Source of the DNA: a virus
Taxonomy: Duplodnaviria > Heunggongvirae > Uroviricota > Caudoviricetes
Length of the DNA stretch: 4,545 bases
IMG/VR virus record: IMGVR_UViG_2667528155_000011
Span: 1-4,545 of that record
Strand: one strand, 5' to 3'
The position numbers and the translations under genes are program-made. Shown one piece after another: positions 1 through 4,545 of this stretch (position 1 is its first letter; the number at the start of each line of letters is the position of its first letter). The notes beneath the pieces were generated by a model. The model was not told the DNA's origin. It saw only the letters and a program-made list of their open reading frames with translations, and did not search any database.

Positions 1-2
1 GG

Positions 3-209
3 CGGTTTTAAACCACGTCGCTGATTATCTGACGCGTAGGCATAACGGAAATGGGCAATATCCGTCTCCAGTGCATTCCCCGCATCAGAGATAAGCGGCA
101 CACCAGAATAAGGATGCCGCCCACCAAACAAGACGTGAAAAATCAGCAACGCAAGGCCAAAATTATCGTGATTTTCTGTGCGTTCAAAGCCGACAAATGA
201 CGACAACCC
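3..209 (-). other. ORF fragment running off the left window edge, unknown function; weak resemblance to the C-lobe of a Ser/Thr protein kinase
   Basis: Minus-strand frame is open for ~69 codons from 209 to the window edge (...HDNFGLALLIFHVLFGGRHPYSGVPLISDAGNALETDIAHFRYAYASDNQRRGLKP). No convincing start codon or RBS. The stretch DNFGLALLIFHVLFGGRHPYSG loosely resembles kinase subdomain IX (D-x-W-S-x-G...L-x-G-x-x-P-F). Not in the supplied ORF track because it is edge-truncated. Confidence 0.2.
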
Positions 210-225
210 CCAGCTAGGCTGGGGG
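207..225. other. GC-rich hairpin (8-bp stem cccccagc / gctggggg, 3-nt loop), possibly a terminator-like structure at the IS200 left end
   Basis: Perfect inverted repeat 207-214 / 218-225 seen directly. Minus-strand flank is moderately T-rich (ttgtcgtcatttgtcggctttg); plus-strand flank is ttccggaaagc. IS200 is known to carry a terminator hairpin near its left end, but I cannot confirm this is it. Confidence 0.3.
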
Positions 226-263
226 TTCCGGAAAGCTTTCAGCTTTGAGGCCAGTTATTAAAA

Positions 264-333
264 CCCCTTTTGATTTGTTAAAACACCTTGCGGTCTGGCA
301 ACTGCAAGTGTCAAACAAGAAATCAAAAGGGGG
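264..333 (+). promoter_or_regulatory. Imperfect long inverted repeat pairing the tnpA Shine-Dalgarno region (IS200-type translational-control stem-loop)
   Basis: Left arm ccccttttgatttgtt (264-279) is complementary to aacaa(ga)aatcaaaagggg (314-333). The right arm contains the SD aaggggg (327-333), 5 nt before the tnpA ATG at 339. Matches the known IS200 arrangement in which a stem-loop occludes the RBS. Confidence 0.5.
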
Positions 334-338
334 TCCCA

Positions 339-527
339 ATGGGGAACGAAAAGAGCTTAGCGCACACACGATGGAACTGTAAATATCACATAGTTTTTGC
401 GCCAAAATACCGAAGACAAGTGTTCTACAGAGAGAAGCGTAGAGCAACAGGCAGTATTTTGAGAAAGCTGTGTGAGTGGAAAAGTGTACAGATTCTGGAA
501 GCTGAATACTGTGCAGATCATATCCAT
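339..527 (+). pseudogene. tnpA: IS200-family transposase TnpA, N-terminal 63 codons only
   Basis: Translation MGNEKSLAHTRWNCKYHIVFAPKYRRQVFYREKRRATGSILRKLCEWKSVQILEAEYCADHIH matches remembered IS200/IS1541 TnpA through the HxH motif. It then diverges (NNIYHHRGYGQKSG*) and lacks the catalytic-Tyr C-terminal region. The track ORF 288..572 starts upstream, but the SD-positioned ATG is at 339. Confidence 0.6.
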
Positions 528-894
528 AACAACATTTACCATCATCGCGGATATGGCCAAAAAAGTGGCTGAAGATGATGCAGAAGTCTCATCCATAACC
601 AAGCCGGGTGCAGAAATTCATGAGTCTTAGCCCACCTCTGGTGATATTAAACGTGCGCAGGGGGCATAACTGATTCTCGCCAATGGTATGAATCTGGAAT
701 TATGGTTCCAGCGCTTTTGCCAGCATCTCAATGAGGTTCCAGAGGTGATTGTCTCTTCGGGTGTGACACCGGTAGGGCTCACCAAAGGGCCCTATGAGGG
801 CAAACCTACCCCCCAATGCCTGGATGTCGCCAGATAACGCTCTGATTTACATTGTTAATATTCGTGATGCTTTAATAAAATACGATCCGGAAAA

Positions 895-969
895 TGAACT
901 GCCCGGGAATCCTGGAGACTAAACTCCCTGAGAAAGAGGTAAACAGGATGACTAAAAATACTCGTTTTC
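895..969 (+). mobile_element. IS3-family (IS629/IS1203-like) left terminus: terminal inverted repeat plus first 7 codons of orfA
   Basis: tgaactgcccgggaatcctggagactaaactccctgagaaagaggtaaacagg followed by ATG ACT AAA AAT ACT CGT TTT (MTKNTRF) at 948-968. This matches the remembered IS629-type IRL and OrfA N-terminus. Similarity ends at the nnn (970-972); downstream sequence is not IS629-like. Confidence 0.55.
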
Positions 970-1022
970 NNNCGCAAATTTCTCGCCCCTGACGATAGCC
1001 CGCCAGCCGCCTCGCTTCTCGC

Positions 1023-1412
1023 TCAATGGCGATACGCTGTGATGGCGGGATCTGCGGCCACAGCGGTTGCATGGTCACCCCGGTGGGATCGCGATAATCC
1101 ACCGCGTGAATCTTNNNTCTGCNGCAATNCCANNGCGNCCTGGCTATTGGGGGAAAAGTCTTTCAAACCAAGCTGTTTACAGTAAGCATCCCACCACCGG
1201 GAAAGAATCTGGTAGCGTCCAGCAGCCGTTGATTTAAGTTTTGGGTTTAGCGTGACAAGTTTGCGAGGATGATCGGAGTAATCAGTGAATAGCTCACCAC
1301 CTACAATAACGTCGTAGCCGTGATTGCGGGTTGGCTGTCGCCCGTTATCCGTTCCTTCTGACCACGCCAACATATCGAGGAAAGCTTTACGCTGAGGATT
1401 AAGATTTAGCAT
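1023..1412 (-). CDS. R: Phage endolysin, lambda R-type lytic transglycosylase; 3' end uncertain
   Basis: First ~100 residues ([91 protein letters not shown]...) are near-identical to remembered lambda R, including the catalytic-Glu motif AWSEGTD. ATG at 1412 is preceded by GGGGTG. Region 1115-1140 contains ambiguous bases and the C-terminal 29 residues diverge from lambda R; the ORF is 129 aa versus 158 in lambda. Confidence 0.75.
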
Positions 1413-1716
1413 TTTTCACCCCTGTCAGTCGTTCCCAGAAGTATGTCAGTGCAACCGAACCCATCGCACCACTAATCCCCGCTGTCGCGAGAATCATGTA
1501 AATACTGAATCCACTTTCGATACTGTTCAGGCCACCAATAACACCGGTGAATCCCGACACCACTATCTGAGCCAAAGCATTTATCCAGCTCCACGTTGCT
1601 TTACTCTGCTTCACATCTATCAGGTAGCGGACCAGACCGCCCCAACCTGCGATGATCAGCAAAACGAGCCAGAACGCTCCGGCAAGGCTCTCTTTTTCGT
1701 GCATATGAATAGCCAA
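1399..1716 (-). CDS. Putative holin (three hydrophobic segments, charged C-terminus), possible dual start TTG 1716 / ATG 1704
   Basis: 101-105 aa ORF directly upstream of and overlapping the endolysin start by 14 nt. Hydrophobic stretches AGAFWLVLLIIAGWGGLV, WINALAQIVVSGFTGVIGGL and FSIYMILATAGISGAMGSVALTYF, followed by the basic tail [11 protein letters not shown]. Family assignment is by position and topology, not by recognised sequence. Confidence 0.6.
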   Translation of the reverse strand: MAIHMHEKESLAGAFWLVLLIIAGWGGLVRYLIDVKQSKATWSWINALAQIVVSGFTGVIGGLNSIESGFSIYMILATAGISGAMGSVALTYFWERLTGVKNAKS

Positions 1717-1818
1717 TGTTTCGCCGCCGACAAAAGGCCGGGACGTTAAATGTCAGAAATCAGGCTCACGGGGTAATTTAACGACAAAGCACGGAGTTGA
1801 TGCTCCCCGCAAGCCTGG

Positions 1819-1844
1819 AATAAAAAAGCCAGCATGTAGCTGGC
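1819..1844 (-). terminator. Rho-independent terminator (tR'-like) in the Q-to-holin control region
   Basis: Minus strand reads GCCAGC-tacat-GCTGGC followed by TTTTTTATT (stem 1844..1828, U-tract 1827..1819). Confidence 0.6.
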
Positions 1845-1920
1845 AACAGAGGGTTAAGCAATATCAACTCAACAGCTGAAGACACCCTGGCTGGGGTACG
1901 TTGGAAGGATACTCACCGCC

Positions 1921-1958
1921 CAGAAACAGAAAAGCCCAAGGCTTTAAACCTCGGGCTT
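1921..1958 (-). terminator. Candidate hairpin plus U-rich tail (upstream member of a possible tandem terminator pair, or a leader RNA structure)
   Basis: Minus strand: aaagcc-ttg-ggcttt (or the longer aagccc...gggctt stem) followed by ttctgtttctg. Weaker than the 1819-1844 terminator. Confidence 0.35.
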
Positions 1959-2013
1959 GAATTTGGATTACTGCCAGTGCGTACAACATTGGCAAAATAT
2001 CAGATTTACATAA

Positions 2014-2042
2014 AATATATGATTTTTAATCCAGTTTTGCAA
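2014..2042 (-). promoter_or_regulatory. Candidate late promoter (PR'-like) overlapping the 3' end of the Q-position gene
   Basis: Minus strand: -35 TTGCAA (2042..2037), 17-bp spacer, -10 TATATT (2019..2014), predicted start ~2007. A -10-like GATATT and TTGCCA lie in the initial transcribed region (2001..1990), a possible sigma-dependent pause element as in lambdoid late promoters. An alternative weaker promoter is TTGCCA (1995..1990) / AGTAAT (1972..1967). Hexamer matching only. Confidence 0.35.
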
Positions 2043-2715
2043 TATCTTGCTGTGAAAATGTGGTCTTTTGTTTTGAACGTGTTTTCGTTAAAAGCAATAA
2101 AGCTTGGCTATCAAGCTGTAGAAAAATGTGCTTCATTGCAACCCAGCGTTCAGTAAATGTCTCAGACCAGTTTTTTGATGTCACTCCCACCAGTGATGCC
2201 AACTCCTGGTATTCATAGGTCTTACGCCCTGCCAGCTCGTTCTTCACATCCTGTGCCGCCAGCCAGATCAACTTCTTCAAACGTTCCAGTGTCTTACCTG
2301 CAATTTTCCTGGTACCCAACAGAGTCTTAAACTCGCTCCATGCCCACTGCGTTATGGTGACCTGATGTTCCCAGCGAACACTTTCGCTGTAACTCCACAG
2401 CAACCACGCTTTCTGATGTTCTTCGAGAGACAGAACCGCGCGGCGCCATGATGATGTTGAGAACTCGATCGGACTGACCAGGGCAATGGATGAGCCTTTC
2501 GCCCGTGACTGCTTACCGGGTATCGGCGGATTATCCAGCGTTATTAACCTGCCGGTCACTTCATCCAGAATGCGCGGTTTCTTTCGTTTGTATGTACCGG
2601 TATCAAATTGCGCATGCTCCTGCCAGGCCACCAACTGCCCTTTCGTCGCACCACTCAGATCGGCGGTGGCCACCATGAGCTGCTCGCGAACAAACTGTAA
2701 ATATTGGGTATTCAT
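2026..2715 (-). CDS. Putative late-gene antiterminator Q-like protein (assigned by synteny; family not recognised)
   Basis: 229-aa ORF with AGGAG 9 nt upstream of the ATG at 2715, coupled to ylcG by an ATGA overlap. It sits where quuD/Q sits in DLP12-like prophages, just upstream of the promoter/terminator region and lysis genes. It contains no cysteine, so it is not a zinc-finger Q-lambda type. Trp-rich, with a possible HTH near the C-terminus (YQELASLVGVTSKNWSETF). Confidence 0.45.
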   Translation of the reverse strand: MNTQYLQFVREQLMVATADLSGATKGQLVAWQEHAQFDTGTYKRKKPRILDEVTGRLITLDNPPIPGKQSRAKGSSIALVSPIEFSTSSWRRAVLSLEEHQKAWLLWSYSESVRWEHQVTITQWAWSEFKTLLGTRKIAGKTLERLKKLIWLAAQDVKNELAGRKTYEYQELASLVGVTSKNWSETFTERWVAMKHIFLQLDSQALLLLTKTRSKQKTTFSQQDIAKLD

Positions 2716-2852
2716 GCGGCCGCTCCTTTCAGTGTTTTGGCGTAATTTTTCAGTATTCGGTAATCAGTCACGACAGAACCGGAAAACCGGTACAACCGCA
2801 GGCGCATCCAGCGAAGGCGGAGGTGTTCTGTGATATAAGATTCAAACGTCAT
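2712..2852 (-). CDS. ylcG: Small 46-aa protein, YlcG-like (DLP12 ylcG position)
   Basis: ATG at 2852..2850 overlaps the rusA stop; its TGA overlaps the next ATG. Translation [46 protein letters not shown]. Size and position match ylcG downstream of rusA. Below the supplied ORF track's length cutoff. Confidence 0.5.
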   Translation of the reverse strand: MTFESYITEHLRLRWMRLRLYRFSGSVVTDYRILKNYAKTLKGAAA

Positions 2853-3211
2853 TCGCCCTCCAGTTCTGTAATGGTCAGCTCCAGCTTCCCGCCTTTAACG
2901 ATCGGCATCTTCACAACGCGGTAATCAACAACCTGCGCATCATCCAGCCAGAAACCTGCTTTAGTAAGTGCGTCAAAAGCGGCTTTTTGCAGATTATCCA
3001 GGTCACGGCGACGGCGATCCGGCATGTGGCACTCAATGCGGATTTTCACTGGCATAGCCAGGCCGATATCCAGCATGGAGCCTTTGATGATTCGGGCGAC
3101 GTTATCGCGGTATGCTTGCCCCTCTGCGCTGATGTGCGTGCGCCCGCGATTATGGCGGTAATAGCGATTATTGCTCGGAGGCCAGGGTAATGTGATGCTG
3201 TAGGTATTCAC
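2849..3211 (-). CDS. rusA: Crossover junction endodeoxyribonuclease RusA (Holliday junction resolvase)
   Basis: 120 aa, [45 protein letters not shown]...[40 protein letters not shown]..., near-identical to remembered E. coli RusA including the acidic catalytic cluster. GTG start at 3211 overlaps the ybcO stop (GTGA). Confidence 0.9.
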   Translation of the reverse strand: MNTYSITLPWPPSNNRYYRHNRGRTHISAEGQAYRDNVARIIKGSMLDIGLAMPVKIRIECHMPDRRRRDLDNLQKAAFDALTKAGFWLDDAQVVDYRVVKMPIVKGGKLELTITELEGE

Positions 3212-3498
3212 GCCTTAATAACCCCCTCTTTCAGCCAGATAACCTGTGTTCTCGCCATACCTTCCAGCGCGCATTCTTTTGCATATCCAGCGTCAACAAA
3301 ATGCGTGCGACGGTCGATCTCGTCGTGACAGGCAGAACATGCAATGGTGGCAATAAGGTCTGGCAGTTTAATACCGGTGCCGCACAATCCAGCCAGCCGG
3401 ATATGTGCCAGTACAGACGTTTCAGAATTGCCATTACATACGCCAGGGATTCTTACCTGGCATTCCCGACCACGCGCTGCTTTTCTCAAATCAGCCAT
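3208..3498 (-). CDS. ybcO: YbcO-like prophage protein (DUF1364, putative nuclease with Cys cluster)
   Basis: 96 aa from the ATG at 3498, [96 protein letters not shown], with AGGAGG 6 nt upstream. The track's longer ORF begins at a TTG at 3537 with no RBS. Matches remembered DLP12 YbcO. Confidence 0.8.
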   Translation of the reverse strand: MADLRKAARGRECQVRIPGVCNGNSETSVLAHIRLAGLCGTGIKLPDLIATIACSACHDEIDRRTHFVDAGYAKECALEGMARTQVIWLKEGVIKA

Positions 3499-3661
3499 GA
3501 CTCCTCCTTGCTGCCAGTCGCAACCATTTTTTATCAACCAGGCTGGCGGTATATCCGAGCAGTGTTGGTATTTCGGATGGCTTCAGCTCAGGCTTACGCT
3601 TACGACGATTTGGTACTCTGTAGATGTGTCCGTTCATGACACGAATAAGCGGTGTAGCCAT
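3491..3661 (-). CDS. ninE: NinE-family protein (56 aa)
   Basis: ATG 3661..3659 overlaps the ybcN TAA (TAATG) and has AGGAGG upstream. Translation [56 protein letters not shown]. Its 3' end overlaps the ybcO start by 8 nt. Below the supplied ORF track's length cutoff. Confidence 0.75.
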   Translation of the reverse strand: MATPLIRVMNGHIYRVPNRRKRKPELKPSEIPTLLGYTASLVDKKWLRLAARRSHG

Positions 3662-4116
3662 TACGCCTCCTGCTTGTCGCGCAGCAGCTGGAACTCGCAG
3701 CTCTGCGGAATAGTCAGGTTGCAGCCAATATTCATCGCCCAGGCTTCAACCTTACACAGGAAGACATACATCTCTCCGGTATCAAGATCGGAGGTATGGC
3801 GTAACGACTGGATAGTAGTGATTTCGCCGGTTACGACATCAACCAGGTCCTTGGTTTCATAACCGAGGTATGTGTGTTTGAGAGCATCTTTTACCCATGC
3901 TGCGGTAGCGAACGATTTCCCCCTGCTGATGAGGTATTCACTGATTTCGCTGTACCACATATGGCTGAGTGCATTCTGGGAAAGACTGCGTTTCTCTCGC
4001 CACGGTTTAAGCACCATGCGAAAGCATTTGCCTTCCTCCAGATAAGGCTGGATCTGCTGGCCGATAGCGGTGAAGTTGCCGCGATGTAATTTGATGCCGT
4101 CTTGTGAGAGGTTCAC
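3661..4116 (-). CDS. ybcN: YbcN-like prophage protein (DLP12 ybcN family, reported DNA base-flipping protein; occupies the ninB position)
   Basis: 151 aa, [154 protein letters not shown] start at 4116 with GGAGGTG 5 nt upstream. Near-identical to remembered K-12 YbcN. Confidence 0.8.
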   Translation of the reverse strand: MNLSQDGIKLHRGNFTAIGQQIQPYLEEGKCFRMVLKPWREKRSLSQNALSHMWYSEISEYLISRGKSFATAAWVKDALKHTYLGYETKDLVDVVTGEITTIQSLRHTSDLDTGEMYVFLCKVEAWAMNIGCNLTIPQSCEFQLLRDKQEA

Positions 4117-4237
4117 GCTTCACCTCCGCAGAGCTCAAACGCTAGATGCAAAGAATTGCAGGTGCATTTCTGCATCTGTGAAGGGAGAAGAGAGTTTGGA
4201 TTGTATGTGCGCATAAACGTCCCCGTTTAGCGCAGAA

Positions 4238-4266
4238 GTCACCGGAGTTGTTCAGGCTCCGGTGAC
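4238..4266. repeat. Perfect 10-bp inverted repeat (gtcaccggag / ctccggtgac) with 9-nt loop, between the ybcN start and the IS2 end
   Basis: Seen directly at 4238-4247 and 4257-4266. No strong U-tract on either strand. Could be a tR2-like terminator remnant upstream of the nin genes or a protein-binding palindrome. Confidence 0.4.
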
Positions 4267-4288
4267 ATAATTATGCCGTGTTGATTTC

Positions 4289-4545
4289 TAGACTGGCCCC
4301 CTGAATCTCCAGACAACCAGTATCACTTAAATAAGTGATAGTCTTAATACTAGTTTTTAGACTAGTCATTGGAGAACAGATGATTGATGTCTTAGGGCCG
4401 GAGAAACGCAGACGGCGTACCACACAGGAAAAGATCGCAATTGTTCAGCAGAGCTTTGAACCGGGGATGACGGTCTCCCTCGTTGCCCGGCAACATGGTG
4501 TAGCAGCCAGCCAGTTATTTCTCTGGCGTAAGCAATACCAGGAAG
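4289..4545 (+). mobile_element. IS2 left end (IRL onward), continuing past the right window edge
   Basis: tagactggccccctgaatctccagacaaccagtatcacttaaataagtgatagtcttaatactagtttttagactagtcattggagaacag matches the remembered IS2 left terminus and is followed by the insC start. Confidence 0.85.
4380..4545 (+). CDS. insC: IS2 transposase OrfA (InsC), N-terminal part, 3' partial at window edge
   Basis: ATG at 4380 with GGAG 6 nt upstream. Translation [55 protein letters not shown] matches remembered IS2 InsC. Confidence 0.85.

Larger units (their letters stand above)
256..528 (+). mobile_element. IS200/IS605-family (IS200/IS1541-like) element, left part only, 3'-truncated
   Basis: Contains the RBS-sequestering stem-loop and the first 63 codons of a Y1 (HuH) transposase. 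Homology to IS200 TnpA stops after the HIH motif at ~527. Left boundary is approximate and may extend to ~205. Confidence 0.6.

Noticed and set aside
51-200. Plus-strand ORF 51..200 (49 aa, MGNIRLQCIPRIRDKRHT...)
   Set aside because: Short, highly basic, no RBS, and antisense to the longer open frame on the minus strand; judged non-coding.
214-602. Minus-strand ORFs 214..447 (77 aa) and 357..602 (81 aa)
   Set aside because: Antisense to the IS200 tnpA fragment and its structured leader. No RBS or similarity; likely spurious.
872-1102. Minus-strand ORF 872..1102 (76 aa) as an independent gene
   Set aside because: It begins with GTG inside the endolysin region and runs antisense through the IS3-family terminus. 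More likely an alternative frame of the R 3' region than a separate gene; kept only as evidence in the endolysin finding.
1945-1995. TTGCCA (1995..1990) / AGTAAT (1972..1967) as the main late promoter
   Set aside because: Its predicted start site would fall only ~2 nt before the 1931-1958 hairpin, too close for that hairpin to act as its terminator, and the -10 is weaker than the TTGCAA/TATATT pair at 2014-2042. Retained only as an alternative.
1717-2025. tRNA genes in the Q-to-holin intergenic region, as seen in Stx-type lambdoid phages
   Set aside because: No GTTCGAATC-like T-loop or cloverleaf-compatible arrangement on either strand; the region is better explained by promoter, leader and terminators.
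2486-2833. Plus-strand ORFs 2486..2833 (115 aa) and 2490..2678 (62 aa)
   Set aside because: Both lie antisense within the Q-like and ylcG coding region, have no RBS, and have low-complexity Ala/Ser/Cys/Arg-rich composition. Likely shadow ORFs of the well-supported minus-strand genes.
2987-3862. ORFs 2987..3190 (+), 3231..3434 (-), 3301..3639 (+) and 3344..3862 (+) overlapping rusA, ybcO, ninE and ybcN
   Set aside because: They are antisense to, or in alternative frames of, genes with near-identical matches to known proteins. No RBS and no recognisable similarity.
3874-4089. Plus-strand ORF 3874..4089 (71 aa)
   Set aside because: Antisense inside ybcN, with no translation signals.
1-4545. 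CRISPR array or other tandem direct repeats
   Set aside because: No regularly spaced direct repeats were seen; the only repeats are hairpin inverted repeats and IS termini.

Overview
This window is the nin/late-control/lysis segment of a lambdoid prophage, all on the minus strand and closely resembling the E. coli DLP12 nin region: ybcN, ninE, ybcO, rusA, ylcG, a 229-aa protein at the Q position, a ~310 bp control region with promoter and terminator candidates, a holin and a lambda-R-type endolysin. The genes are chained by 1-14 nt start/stop overlaps. Insertion sequences flank and erode it: an IS2 left end with insC at the right edge, an IS3-family (IS629-like) terminus stub, and a 3'-truncated IS200-family element on the left. 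The endolysin 3' end is uncertain (ambiguous bases, divergent C-terminus) and no Rz/Rz1 spanin follows it, so the lysis cassette looks decayed. No rRNA, tRNA or CRISPR array was found. All identifications are by reading the translations against remembered protein sequences; no database search was run. I do not see a clearly novel system; the least-explained elements are the cysteine-free 229-aa Q-position protein, segment 529-894, and the ORF fragment at the left edge.
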